Below are positions 1 to 10,262 of a stretch of DNA of 64,000 nt, piece by piece (position 1 is the stretch's first letter; every line of letters begins with the position of its first letter). The notes under the pieces were generated by a model, which searched no databases, was not told where the DNA came from, and was given only the letters and a program-made list of their open reading frames with translations. Both the position numbers and the translations under genes were made by a program. The DNA is taken from the IMG/VR virus record IMGVR_UViG_2541047873_000001. One strand, 5' to 3'. The DNA is from a virus. Lineage: Duplodnaviria; Heunggongvirae; Uroviricota; Caudoviricetes.

Positions 1-870
1 GGTAATCAGAGCACTACCGGCAATGCTGCAACCGCAACGAAACTTCAGACGGCAAGAACAATCGGCGGGGTGGCATTTGATGGCACTGCCAATATCAACC
101 TGCCGGGTGTGAACATTGCTGGTAACCAGAACACAACAGGTAATGCTGCAACCGCTACAAAACTGCAAACAGCCCGCACAATCAACGGTGTTAAGTTTGA
201 TGGTTCTGCGAACATTTCGATACCAACAATTACGTCCAGAGGGCGTGTTACTGCGCTCACCAGTACAACGCAAGGTGCTACTACTGGATTGCAGATGTAT
301 GAGGCGTACAACAACGGCTATCCTTCTGCTTACGGGAATGTGCTTCATCTTAAGGGCGCAGCTGCCGCTGGTGAAGGCGAGTTGTTCATAGGTTGGAGCG
401 GTACAAGTGGTGCTCATGCGCCTGTACATGTACGTTCGCGACGAGATGCTGATACAGCCAGTTGGTCTGAGTGGGCGCAGGTCTACACATCGAAAGATTC
501 CATCCCTGGTGTAAATACCACGGGCAACCAGAACACAACTGGGAACGCGGCGTCTGCAACGAAATTACAAACGGCAAGAACTATTGGTGGTGTTTCATTT
601 AATGGCACCGCAAATATCGACCTGCCGGGCGTGAATAAAACAGGTAATCAGAGCACTACCGGCAATGCTGCAACTGCAACGAAACTTCAGACGGCACGCA
701 CAATCGGCGGGGTTTCGTTTGATGGTACAGCAAACATCAATCTTCCGGGCGTTAATATTGCCGGAAATCAAAATACAAGTGGTAATGCAGCTACAGCGAC
801 AAAGTTAAAAACTGCCAGAAAAATAAGTGGAGTGGCTTTTGATGGTTCTGCAGACATCAGATTAACGGCA
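1..870 (+). repeat. In-frame tandem ~120-bp repeats inside the fibre gene
   Basis: Segments 1-110, 118-225, 523-640, 641-760 and 761-870 are near-identical at DNA level (ggtaa[ct]cag..actacc/acagg[ct]aatgc[tg]gcaac[ct]gc..aaactgcaaacggc). Confidence 0.8.
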
Positions 871-1464
871 AGTCATGTTGGTGCGTTACCAACAACAGGT
901 GGTACTGTTACCGGTGAAATTATATCCAGCAGCCAAAATGCTATACGCCTAACTTATAATAATAACTATGGATTCCTAATAACTAATACTGGATATAGTT
1001 TCCAGATATCAACCACTGGGCAAAATGTTAATGGTGATGTCGTTTACACTCCATTAAAGATAGATGGCGGTGATGGTCGCGTAGAATTAGGACGTGCTGA
1101 TGGTCATGTAAGGGTTATGGGGAATTTATCTGCCGCTGGTCAGATTACCCCTGGTAACTATAGTAATTTCAACACGAAATATCAGGCTAAAAACACAGCA
1201 TATGCCAACATTCATGGATGGCATAAGGATACATCAACTAAGGTGATGATGCAGTGGGGGTTTATAACAAATTTAACTCCAGGAAGCGTGGTTAAATTTC
1301 CGACTGCTTTTCCTGAGGCGTGTGCGGTAGTTGTGATTTCGCCTCACAGCGGGAATGCTGTCAATTCAATTCTTTATACATACAACCACTCAGCCACTGG
1401 TTTTACAGTGAAAAGTAGCTCCACTGATAAAATATATGCACAGTATGTTGCTTATGGGTATTAA
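1..1464 (+). CDS. Tail fibre protein, 5'-truncated by the window edge
   Basis: Frame is open from position 1 (the ORF-track start at 70 is an internal GTG). At least five ~40-aa repeats GNQxTTGNAATATKLQTARTIGGVxFDGxANI typical of phage tail-fibre repeats; a Tfa gene follows. Confidence 0.85.
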   Translation, partial: GNQSTTGNAATATKLQTARTIGGVAFDGTANINLPGVNIAGNQNTTGNAATATKLQTARTINGVKFDGSANISIPTITSRGRVTALTSTTQGATTGLQMYEAYNNGYPSAYGNVLHLKGAAAAGEGELFIGWSGTSGAHAPVHVRSRRDADTASWSEWAQVYTSKDSIPGVNTTGNQNTTGNAASATKLQTARTIGGVSFNGTANIDLPGVNKTGNQSTTGNAATATKLQTARTIGGVSFDGTANINLPGVNIAGNQNTSGNAATATKLKTARKISGVAFDGSADIRLTASHVGALPTTGGTVTGEIISSSQNAIRLTYNNNYGFLITNTGYSFQISTTGQNVNGDVVYTPLKIDGGDGRVELGRADGHVRVMGNLSAAGQITPGNYSNFNTKYQAKNTAYANIHGWHKDTSTKVMMQWGFITNLTPGSVVKFPTAFPEACAVVVISPHSGNAVNSILYTYNHSATGFTVKSSSTDKIYAQYVAYGY

Positions 1465-1495
1465 AAATATAGTTAATTAGAATGAAGGTGCTTAA

Positions 1496-1918
1496 ATGGC
1501 AAAGTATTACAGCAAAGAGACTGGTGGTTTCTACGACGACAGACTAAAAGAAGATTACGATAAAAACGGTTCATGGCCGTCCGATACTGTACATATACCT
1601 GATGACTTATATGATGAATTGTTATCAGGGTATGGCAATGGGAAAATAATAATTGCAAATGGCGATGGTTATCCAATGTTATCTGACCCACAACCTATGA
1701 GCTTAGAGGATAGAGTCAGCATTGCTGAAAACACCAAAAGTAGTCTTATGAATGATGTGAGCATAAAAATATCAACGCTTCAGGATGCTGTTGATATGGA
1801 TATTGCCACTGATGAGGAAATAGAAATGTTGACAAAGTTAAAGAGGTATAGAGTTCTTCTTAATAGAGTTGACACTTCTGTTGATGCAGATATCTCATGG
1901 CCTGAGATGCCTGTATAA
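1496..1918 (+). CDS. Tail fibre assembly protein (Tfa, P1 U-like)
   Basis: 140 aa, directly downstream of the fibre gene; N-terminus MAKYYSKETGGFYDD is characteristic of Tfa chaperones; good spacing for an RBS. Confidence 0.8.
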   Translation: MAKYYSKETGGFYDDRLKEDYDKNGSWPSDTVHIPDDLYDELLSGYGNGKIIIANGDGYPMLSDPQPMSLEDRVSIAENTKSSLMNDVSIKISTLQDAVDMDIATDEEIEMLTKLKRYRVLLNRVDTSVDADISWPEMPV

Positions 1919-1960
1919 ACAATCATAACAATCCAATCAGCACTGCTTTTTTGATATTTC

Positions 1961-1989
1961 AAGCCCTCTTTTGTTGAGGGCTTTATTAG
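1961..1989 (+). terminator. Hairpin after the fibre-Tfa operon
   Basis: aagccctc-ttttgtt-gagggctt stem-loop followed by a T-rich stretch. Confidence 0.4.
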
Positions 1990-2378
1990 TGAGTGCTTTT
2001 GTGACCTTTTTTAGTAATACAATCCTTTGGTACAAAAAAGCCGCCGTCCAGTCAATGACGGCGGGCAAAATGAACACTCAGTTAGTGGTATCTGAGAGGG
2101 GGGCATTATATTCACTGAATGACGCTTGTGAAGACTCACATGTCATCATTTTGTCCTCAAGAATCAGCTCACATCTTGCGCATTCAAGCGTATTTCTCTT
2201 TAAAGCCGTGTTTGGACCATTTTGTTGATACGCGAATTTGGCATCCTCCACGCTCTGAGTGACGAGGTTTACGGACCACCGGGCCATCATATGCATCCAT
2301 TTTGTGTGAATGGCATTTAGTCGGGAAATAACAAACTGGATAAGTTGAAGCCGCGTTAAACGTCATTTCTGGAGGGGT

Positions 2379-2705
2379 ATGTTTGCAGATTATGAAAATC
2401 TGGCTGTAGCAGTCATAACATCCCTGCTGAGTGGAACCGGCGTATTCCTTCTCGGAGTTAGAGACGGGCGCATTTCTGCGTCACTGCTCAACCTCGCGAG
2501 TGAATTGTTTACTGCAGTAACTGCCGGGCTTGCGGGGTTTTGGGTGGCTGATAGCTATGAATGGCCGGAAGGCATCATTTACTGCGTTGTTCTGATTGCC
2601 AGTAACAACGGAAGTGAAATTTTACAGGGCTTGAAGTCCAGAGCTAGTAACGTCTTGAATCTCTTAAGCGTAATAGCGAGTGGGGGAAAAGGTGGAGAGA
2701 AGTAA
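2379..2705 (+). CDS. Small membrane protein with three predicted TM segments; holin candidate (P1 LydA-like by size and position)
   Basis: 108 aa with three hydrophobic segments; GGAGGGG RBS; first gene of a block that ends in DarA/DdrB-like genes, as I recall for the P1 dar operon. Confidence 0.5.
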   Translation: MFADYENLAVAVITSLLSGTGVFLLGVRDGRISASLLNLASELFTAVTAGLAGFWVADSYEWPEGIIYCVVLIASNNGSEILQGLKSRASNVLNLLSVIASGGKGGEK

Positions 2706-3151
2706 TGGGTGACTTTGGAAATTATTTCATTTTTATCATGGCATTTGTTGCCGTTATTGACCGTTTCTTATTTCGTCGCAAGAGTGTTGATATTTTGAGC
2801 ATTGGCGAAGCTGTAGTGAAAGAGTCTGCTATAGCGTTTCCCGTGTCGCTTCGCGTTAAGCGAAGCTGGGTAAGCAATGCACAAATCGAATATTGGTTGC
2901 AGGACTTGAAAAATCCATCTGTGGTTATTTCGGGGAAAACAAGACCAGTTGACGCATCAAAACGCGGTGAGAGAGAAGAATATTTGCTCATCGACACGAA
3001 ATATCTTGAGCCAGCGAAGTGGGATCTAAAGGTCACATTGACTAACGGTAATTGCCGCCTGAATCCGCTTTATCGCATTTTCCCTATCAATGACTGCATA
3101 GAACGTCAGTTTATGATTGAAAAGTGTGAAGGAGACTGGAATGTCAAATAA
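2705..3151 (+). CDS. N-terminally membrane-anchored protein (P1 LydB-like by size and position)
   Basis: 148 aa; ATG overlaps the upstream stop (translational coupling); N-terminal hydrophobic helix. Confidence 0.4.
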   Translation: MGDFGNYFIFIMAFVAVIDRFLFRRKSVDILSIGEAVVKESAIAFPVSLRVKRSWVSNAQIEYWLQDLKNPSVVISGKTRPVDASKRGEREEYLLIDTKYLEPAKWDLKVTLTNGNCRLNPLYRIFPINDCIERQFMIEKCEGDWNVK

Positions 3152-3758
3152 ATCTAATTATGTTCTTCTTAATTATGATGAGTTAAACGAAAAGGGGCTG
3201 GCAAAACTCGTCAAAGAAATCGGTAAAGGAGGCTACAAGATAGCGAGGGTGATCCCCGCCAGTAATGGCAGGAAGAAAGACGGGATCATGACGCGCACGT
3301 TTACCCTTATCGGAATCGATGAGCAGACGATGGACGTTCAGGTTAATGATACTGGTGATATTTCTGGTGTAAAACTGAACGGAAAAATTGTTCCTTTCAA
3401 GCCAGTTAAAACGCTGATGGCTTTAGGGCAATCACTGGCTGCTTTATTTAATAAAGGCGCATCATCATTTCAGAAATCATTGGCGCGTAAGTTAGCTCGT
3501 GCGGCGAAAGATATTGATGATGGGAATAAGAAAATAAAAGGCGTTAAGTCCAATGCGCAGAAACTAGCAGAGGCAAAGGAATCTCGCGATGCGATCCGCG
3601 AGGATATTGAAAGGGCCAAAGAAAAATTAAATCAGGTGCAAGGTAATTCAGACCGCGCAACAAGAGAAACTGAAATCATTAGAACCGAGATGGCGCAGGA
3701 ACTGGCGAAAACTCGCGTATTGAAAGAAGAAATAGCGCGCCTGGAGGAAGATGCATGA
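3141..3758 (+). CDS. Coiled-coil protein, Hdf-like (homolog of DarA fragment)
   Basis: Start ATG at 3141 with an AGGAG RBS (the ORF-track start at 3117 is less likely); charged coiled-coil C-terminus resembles the central part of the next ORF. Confidence 0.4.
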   Translation: MSNKSNYVLLNYDELNEKGLAKLVKEIGKGGYKIARVIPASNGRKKDGIMTRTFTLIGIDEQTMDVQVNDTGDISGVKLNGKIVPFKPVKTLMALGQSLAALFNKGASSFQKSLARKLARAAKDIDDGNKKIKGVKSNAQKLAEAKESRDAIREDIERAKEKLNQVQGNSDRATRETEIIRTEMAQELAKTRVLKEEIARLEEDA

Positions 3759-5680
3759 TAAAGAAACCTATTCGAATAAATATCCAGTCCACTTTTGCAG
3801 ATACGCTCACTGGATATACGCCTAATCGTTGGGTGGCGGAAGATATCACCGAGGATGATTTACTTATCGAGCCTGCGACGCTGGAAGATATCGAGCTGGC
3901 CTATATGGGCAACGAAATTTTGGTAACTACCAATGAGGCAATGTTCGAAGCTTTAACCACAACAAAATTGCGGTTAGCGCAAACAATGCGAGCATTTGTC
4001 CGGGCGCTTAATCGCGGCCTGAATGGCACTGACATTGCTGCGGGTACGGATGAGGCAGGTGAATATGAAGACGGACGTAATAGTATCGGTGGGGCAATCA
4101 TTGGGCGCGTGCGCCGGGTTGCTAATATCCCTGTTGTAACAGCACAAATACCTCTAACCGATGGACAAACGACAAGCATAATTTTCCATTCTCCAACCGC
4201 AGACGGCACAAGAATTAAAGGGGATGACGAGCTGGTTGCGTTTCAGTTTCTTCTTAACAAAAGAAACGTTACGCATGTTGTTGCGCCAATCGGTGGGCGT
4301 GATGTATCTCTGAGCCAGGTGTGTCAGGCGCTTTCTAACCTCATTGAGCGTAACAGTGCAAAATTCAAAAAAGCAAAGGAGCGCCAGGACAAAATGAAGG
4401 CTGATATTGAGGGGTATCTCAATGAAGCCGACAAGCTGGCAGAAGAACGTTCTGTGCTGATTGAGCAGGTTGAAGACGCACAGCGGGGGCTGGCAGAGAA
4501 ACGCTCAACACTCAATGATATGCAGAATAAATTAGACGCACAAAAAGCCCTTAACGCGGAATTGCAGGCTAAGCGCGATAATTTATTGTCAGCTAAGAGC
4601 CAAGGAACTAAAGAGCGTGCCTTCAATGATCAACTGCGACACATAAAACATAATCTTGCTACAGAAGGCCAAACAACGCTGGATAATGGTGCTGTAGTTA
4701 AGTATGTCACGTCAGGCAGTGATAGCTTTGTCACGATTGAGGCACCAGAAGGCAATTTCAGTATTGATGTCAGTGCTGTTAAAGGTGGGAGTTCAGCGGA
4801 CGCTGCAACCAAATTACTTAAAGCCTATCGTGAACATAATGCTGATCAATACAAAGTGGATGTGTTGCCGGGCCAGCCTGAGCCAACTGATCAGCCGCAG
4901 CCTGAACAGGAGCCACAACCAGCATCACATCCTGATCCCCTGGAGGTTGGTAAATATCGCTATGCGCTACAATCTCGCCCGGCGGGTGTTGGTGCGGTTC
5001 CTGAAGGAAATAAAGCTGTACTTGACCGTCCTGATCAGGCTGATCCGTATTACGAATATGCTCGTCACGGAATCATTACGTATGACCGCAAACTGACAGA
5101 CGAAGAAGTCAGTCAGTACGAATTACGCTATCTGCCTGATGACGATGAACTGAGAGGGATGGCGAACGAGCTGGTTGCGTCCAGCATGGTAAAACATATT
5201 GATGGCTATGTAGATCTGTTTGGAAGTGACCTGAAAACATTCAAGGCGCAAGTTAAAATTCTTTTCCGCAAAGCGTTCCCGAACGTGGCATATCCACTTG
5301 GTGATGGGGAGAACCTTTTCATTATGGACGTGTATAACGCCCTTCAAAATCATTCAAGCGAAGTAAAAACAGATCCTGTAGTTGAGCCAGAATCGCAACC
5401 TGCACCAGCACCAGAACAGGAGCCGGAGCCAGAAGAAGCGGGTGAATCAGCAAGCGAAGCTGACCAGGAAGCAGATAAAGCGCTTGAGTACCTGAAATCC
5501 GTTCCGGAGCAGTTCACATCCCGCGATCTGACGGTCATAAGTGCTGAACTTGATCATGTGCAGGAAGCTGCAAACGCTCTTATCAGTGCTGGTCGATATG
5601 ACGAGAACGAAGCAACTGTAGGTGCAGCCGTTGACTACCTGATCAATATTCTGGCTGAAATTCAGCAGGGAGGTGCTTAA
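3755..5680 (+). CDS. darA: DarA-like internal head / antirestriction protein
   Basis: 641 aa, close to the ~639 aa I recall for P1 DarA; coiled-coil centre and PE/PQ-rich linkers; sits in a lydAB-hdf-darA-ddrA-ddrB-like order. Assignment is positional plus size, not motif-based. Confidence 0.5.
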   Translation: MIKKPIRINIQSTFADTLTGYTPNRWVAEDITEDDLLIEPATLEDIELAYMGNEILVTTNEAMFEALTTTKLRLAQTMRAFVRALNRGLNGTDIAAGTDEAGEYEDGRNSIGGAIIGRVRRVANIPVVTAQIPLTDGQTTSIIFHSPTADGTRIKGDDELVAFQFLLNKRNVTHVVAPIGGRDVSLSQVCQALSNLIERNSAKFKKAKERQDKMKADIEGYLNEADKLAEERSVLIEQVEDAQRGLAEKRSTLNDMQNKLDAQKALNAELQAKRDNLLSAKSQGTKERAFNDQLRHIKHNLATEGQTTLDNGAVVKYVTSGSDSFVTIEAPEGNFSIDVSAVKGGSSADAATKLLKAYREHNADQYKVDVLPGQPEPTDQPQPEQEPQPASHPDPLEVGKYRYALQSRPAGVGAVPEGNKAVLDRPDQADPYYEYARHGIITYDRKLTDEEVSQYELRYLPDDDELRGMANELVASSMVKHIDGYVDLFGSDLKTFKAQVKILFRKAFPNVAYPLGDGENLFIMDVYNALQNHSSEVKTDPVVEPESQPAPAPEQEPEPEEAGESASEADQEADKALEYLKSVPEQFTSRDLTVISAELDHVQEAANALISAGRYDENEATVGAAVDYLINILAEIQQGGA

Positions 5681-6048
5681 TGGCTATCTCTGTTTTAGAA
5701 CGCCTGAAATTAGGTAAAGAGCTATCAGATCTAATGCAGGCGCAGAAAACCGCGCCAGTATTGCAACGCGTCTCAATTGGTAAGCAGATTGTTGATGTGA
5801 TGCTTAAACTGGGGCTTGGGGCTGCGGCCCAATCAGTATCGGATCCGCAGGCGCAGCCAGATACTGTTGCAGGTGACATTCCTAAGATAGTGACAGACTT
5901 CCTTGGAGGTGCATTCACAAAGTCCACGCAAATGGAATTTATTGATGCGCTACGTGGGATCTCAAACTATGTAGGCGAGTTCCTTACGTTGGAACAGGCT
6001 AAAGAGCAGACCATAAGCTGGGTGAAAGCCAACGGTTATGCAGGGTAA
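5680..6048 (+). CDS. DdrA-like small protein
   Basis: 122 aa; start overlaps the darA-like stop; position matches ddrA in the dar operon. Confidence 0.4.
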   Translation: MAISVLERLKLGKELSDLMQAQKTAPVLQRVSIGKQIVDVMLKLGLGAAAQSVSDPQAQPDTVAGDIPKIVTDFLGGAFTKSTQMEFIDALRGISNYVGEFLTLEQAKEQTISWVKANGYAG

Positions 6049-6141
6049 TCAAAGGGGCTGAAATGCCCCTTTCACTTTCCTGTAAGTCCATAAATCACAC
6101 ACTTTTTACACTTCCTGCTTTCTATGTAAGGGGAGTGTATT

Positions 6142-9100
6142 TTGAACAAGTCAGTTACTTCCGCGCTATCCGAAGCAGCAGACATTAACAGTGTTATTGC
6201 GCTGGTTTCTTCATTAGAGAGGCGAGAAACACGCCAGGGGCGCAGTAGTTACGTAGTCACCAGTAAAGGGGCAGAGGTAAAGACGGCTTTTAAGGTCGTT
6301 GATGCCAGCAGTCTGATCATTTCGAACAACCTTGACGGTACGATTAATCCGGCCTTCCCGGAAGAACTCCAGCCACGTGACCGTACACGGCTATCCAGCA
6401 AACTCCAGGTTAACCGTATTGCCTCCAATTTACGCCCGGCACAATTAACGGATTCCGGCATGAGCAGCCACGGAGCGCCGATAGTTGGTCCGGACAACGT
6501 TGTTGAATCCGGCAACGGAAGGAGCATGGGTATCTGGCGTGCCTATGAGCAAGGGCAGGCGGATGAATATCGCCAGTACCTGATCGATCATGCAAAAGAG
6601 TTTGGTCTGAATCCTGACGACATTTCACAAATGTCTATGCCCGTATTGGTGCGCGAAAGACTCACTGATGTTGATCGTGCGCAGTTCGCCCGCGATTCAA
6701 ACATCAGCGATCTGCAAGAGATGGCTGCAAGTGAAAAAGCGTATGCGGATGCGCAATTTCTCACTGAGAGCGTCATGGCGCTATTTAATCCTTCAGATGA
6801 TGGGAATCTACTGGCGCGGTCCAATGATGCGTTTATTCGTGCGTTTTTGCGCGAAATAGGTGATACGGCGACGGCAGGTTTGCTTACAGCCGATGGGCGT
6901 CCAACGAAACAACTTATCGACCGCATCCAGAATGCAATTTTTGCCAAAGCGTACAAGGATGAAAGGCTTGTTCGGTTGGTGGCGGAAGAGCCAGATCCGG
7001 AAATGCGTAACATCCTTACCGCATTAAATACGGCAGCCAGCGATTTTGCGCAAATGCAGTCGCTTTCAGGTGATGTTCACCATGACACGGTAACCGGACT
7101 GGTAGACGGTATAGAGCAATTGAATGGTCTGGATAAACAGGCTATTGCCGCGCTACAGGAAGCAATTAACCTTGTTCGTGAAGCAAAAGATAACGGTCAG
7201 GCAGTAGAAGAGGTGATCGCACAGCGTGGATTGTTTGGAGATAGCACTCCGGAAGCAGAAGCGCTTGCTCTGTTTATTGTTGCCAACAACCGAAGCGCTA
7301 AGCGAATGGGGGCAGCTTTCAAGAAACTGGCGCAAAAAATTAACGATGAACTTATTCACCAGCAACAAGCGTTAGGCGATATGTTCGGCGGCGGAGATGT
7401 CGATCTGCGTAGCATTTTATCTGCCGTTTCTGATGAAATTGAGGCTGAGTATGGCGAAGGTAAAGGGCTTAATTTCGCCATGTTCGAATCGGTTTCGGGA
7501 GATGTCGAACCATACATTTCAAAGCTAATTGCTGATGCGACCAGCGTGGAGGACTTGATCCGAATCGTGAAGGCGTCAGAAAAAATTAAGGAGTCCGCAA
7601 AAAAAATAAAGCGCAATGTATTTTTGGAACTTGGTTTTTATATTCGCAATGTCACCGTTAATGAGATTAAGGCGTGGGCTAAACGTTATGGATACAGCAA
7701 CGCTGTGTTAACAACGATGTTATTGTCTTATCAACGCAGCAATTTTTATGCTAACGCACTGCGTGACGCGATTGAAAAAGGAGATGAAGCTCCTTCACTC
7801 GCAGATGAAAGAAATATTGATTGTGACATTGAAACGTTTTGCAATATGTCAGAAGAAGGCGTGCCCGCTGAACAATTTATACGTGTTTTACATAATGCAG
7901 CAAAACATATTCCTGATGACTTTAGCATTGATGAATTGCGCAATGGTTGTCTTGTTTGGTTAGGTAACTATTTAAAATCTCCAGCGTCTATTGCAGAGAA
8001 AACAGCTTTAAGATTTAGAAAGGAAATGAATAAAGCTGGAAGCGCAGAAGAGATGGTGCGCATAATCCAAAATACTTTGAAGTTATTCAAAAAGAGCTTG
8101 CATAATATCAACGATATTATGGCGGCTGGTAGGAAAATAACAGCCAGCGTCGGAGTTAGCTCCGAACTAACGGCAGAGGAGATCGCTGATGCGTATATTG
8201 AGACACTTGTCAGGCTTAAGGAGATAGTGGAATTAGCAGAGCATTCCTCATATTACGGAATCAAGGAGCGCGTTGACTTTACTATAGAACAAATCAATAA
8301 AGTTAGGTCAAATAAGGAAAAACTCACTGACTACCTTGCTGAGGTTTTGCACCAGAATGATCATGGGATTGGATATGATCTGAAAAAAATGCTTGTTTTT
8401 AATCTGGACATACCGGAAGACTTGCAAGCAGAATTATATGAAATAGCTTCATTAACACGTGGACAAAAAGCCTATCCTAATGCGCTTGAAAATGTAGTAC
8501 ATAAAAAAGTCAGAGCCGCATTTGACATGATTCTTGAATCGTCAAATGTGTCACATGACCAGTCTAAGGAATGGAGTCGTGGGATTGCTATTTCTGATGA
8601 AGCAGAGCAGTTAAGTGGTCACGATAATGAAACTTTCTCCCGTAAAGCATACAGTATTCGCGAGACAATTGAAAAAGCCTATATTATTTCAGGAGGGACT
8701 TTATCTACATTAAAAAATATTAACCACAAGAACAATGTTCGTGCTTTTGCAAGTCGAAATGGGAATATAACAATTGATGCTAATAGTGATCATGAGCGTG
8801 TATTATGGCATGAAATAGGTCACCATATAGAACATTCAAATCCCCATCTATTGGAGAGGGCCAAAGCCTTCATTAAATCAAAAACTAACGGTAAAGTTTC
8901 TTATCATAATATTGGTAGCCGTGGCAGTGCTGAGTATTTGGTGCGAACCGACCTAAGTCATGGATATATGTCTAAAATTTATATGGAAAATACGGTAAGT
9001 TCTGTCAGCGGCAGATTTATATCAAAGCCACCTGCATTAAGCAATTGCAGGGCGACTGAGATTTTTTCTATGGCCTTGCAGATGTATGCCGATCCTGAGC

Positions 9101-9183
9101 AGGCGACTAACTCTGTATTAAACAATGACGGCGTGCTGGAATTTTTCTTGGGATGTATGAAGGAGTTGCAAAATGAAGTATAG
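6142..9183 (+). CDS. Large DdrB-like protein
   Basis: 1013-aa ORF after a short hairpin (6051-6076); size and position fit P1 DdrB; no catalytic motif recognised. Confidence 0.45.
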   Translation: MNKSVTSALSEAADINSVIALVSSLERRETRQGRSSYVVTSKGAEVKTAFKVVDASSLIISNNLDGTINPAFPEELQPRDRTRLSSKLQVNRIASNLRPAQLTDSGMSSHGAPIVGPDNVVESGNGRSMGIWRAYEQGQADEYRQYLIDHAKEFGLNPDDISQMSMPVLVRERLTDVDRAQFARDSNISDLQEMAASEKAYADAQFLTESVMALFNPSDDGNLLARSNDAFIRAFLREIGDTATAGLLTADGRPTKQLIDRIQNAIFAKAYKDERLVRLVAEEPDPEMRNILTALNTAASDFAQMQSLSGDVHHDTVTGLVDGIEQLNGLDKQAIAALQEAINLVREAKDNGQAVEEVIAQRGLFGDSTPEAEALALFIVANNRSAKRMGAAFKKLAQKINDELIHQQQALGDMFGGGDVDLRSILSAVSDEIEAEYGEGKGLNFAMFESVSGDVEPYISKLIADATSVEDLIRIVKASEKIKESAKKIKRNVFLELGFYIRNVTVNEIKAWAKRYGYSNAVLTTMLLSYQRSNFYANALRDAIEKGDEAPSLADERNIDCDIETFCNMSEEGVPAEQFIRVLHNAAKHIPDDFSIDELRNGCLVWLGNYLKSPASIAEKTALRFRKEMNKAGSAEEMVRIIQNTLKLFKKSLHNINDIMAAGRKITASVGVSSELTAEEIADAYIETLVRLKEIVELAEHSSYYGIKERVDFTIEQINKVRSNKEKLTDYLAEVLHQNDHGIGYDLKKMLVFNLDIPEDLQAELYEIASLTRGQKAYPNALENVVHKKVRAAFDMILESSNVSHDQSKEWSRGIAISDEAEQLSGHDNETFSRKAYSIRETIEKAYIISGGTLSTLKNINHKNNVRAFASRNGNITIDANSDHERVLWHEIGHHIEHSNPHLLERAKAFIKSKTNGKVSYHNIGSRGSAEYLVRTDLSHGYMSKIYMENTVSSVSGRFISKPPALSNCRATEIFSMALQMYADPEQATNSVLNNDGVLEFFLGCMKELQNEV

Positions 9184-9466
9184 CATTGTGAGTCCCGCTG
9201 GGATTAGAGGGATTGTTGAATGCTCTGATGACGGCACATTGCGTATATTTGAAGGCGATATTTCGGAAGAAAATATTGCGCAAGATTTACGCTTTATCAA
9301 CACAAATTCCGCAATGGGGATCGTGAATACCATTCATGCCGATGGGGTGTTTGTTCTGCGGAGCCTGGAAACTGTTGGCTGGGAGGTTGAGTGGCCAGAG
9401 GTGGAAGGAGATCCTGACGACGAAGACGATACTGGCGAATCATATCAAGACATTGATGTGAATTGA
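9173..9466 (+). CDS. Hypothetical acidic protein
   Basis: 97 aa; AAGGAG RBS; overlaps the upstream stop; terminator follows. Confidence 0.4.
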   Translation: MKYSIVSPAGIRGIVECSDDGTLRIFEGDISEENIAQDLRFINTNSAMGIVNTIHADGVFVLRSLETVGWEVEWPEVEGDPDDEDDTGESYQDIDVN

Positions 9467-9479
9467 TATGATTGATAAT

Positions 9480-9502
9480 CCCGCCGTCAGGCGGGTTTTT
9501 TT
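9480..9502. terminator. Rho-independent terminator between convergent genes
   Basis: cccgccgtcaggcggg hairpin plus a T7 run. Confidence 0.65.
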
Positions 9503-9764
9503 AGCGTGGTGTAAGAATAAATTCAGGATGCTCTCCAGCAAGCAATAACAGGTACTCAAATTCACCAGCCATAAGGCGTCTCGGTTTATTTCTATCTTCT
9601 TTGAATTGCCAAGCCCGGAGTTGATACCCCATTTTGTGGGCTAACTCCGTTTGCGTTAGCCCCATTCGCTGGCGGATTTCAATTATGGTTTCCGGGGTGT
9701 TTGGTGGGAGTTGTTTCACAATATGCCCTTTGCCAATGCTGTGATTCGCAACGAAGTATATCAT
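9501..9764 (-). CDS. XRE-family HTH regulator (Hxr-like)
   Basis: 87 aa with MGLTQTELAHKMG helix-turn-helix signature. Confidence 0.55.
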   Translation of the reverse strand: MIYFVANHSIGKGHIVKQLPPNTPETIIEIRQRMGLTQTELAHKMGYQLRAWQFKEDRNKPRRLMAGEFEYLLLLAGEHPEFILTPR

Positions 9765-9776
9765 CGTTGAATCGAT

Positions 9777-10079
9777 TCACAGAGCTGCGCCGAACAGACC
9801 GCAGCATGGCATCCCTTCATCACAGTACCTGGCCCATTCTTTTTGGCATTCTTCTGTTTGCGCGTATTGGCTTAACGCGTCATCCAGCATATCCCAGGCC
9901 TTATAGGAATCCTCTGCAACGCTAAACAAAGTCCTGCCTTCCCGGCTTAGAATTTGCAGATTGTAAATGTTTTCATTGCTCAGACATGCGTGGCTGATAT
10001 GCATGTAAACCGACCATGCAGGAACTCGATTTTTGATAGCAAGTTGGTGTAATTTGGAGTTAATTAAAGAGCTTTTCAT
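9777..10079 (-). CDS. Hypothetical protein
   Basis: ATG at 10079 (MKSSLINSKL); the ORF-track start further upstream is less likely. Confidence 0.3.
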   Translation of the reverse strand: MKSSLINSKLHQLAIKNRVPAWSVYMHISHACLSNENIYNLQILSREGRTLFSVAEDSYKAWDMLDDALSQYAQTEECQKEWARYCDEGMPCCGLFGAAL

Positions 10080-10262
10080 GGAATTTCTCCGCAGCAAAGT
10101 GGTCAACTTTTTTAATCTTAATACGCACAATGTGCATATTCAAGTTTTATTCTTCACTTTGTTACGAGAGGGGCCAGCCAATATTTCTAGTTGAAAAGAT
10201 CCATCATCAAAAATCACATACTGACTATGCTGCCGCAAACTGAAAACATTTCGCGGTGACTC

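Noticed and set aside
116-577. ORFs 116..391 (+) and 386..577 (-) inside the tail fibre gene.
   Set aside because: Alternative-frame and antisense frames within the repeat-supported fibre coding sequence.
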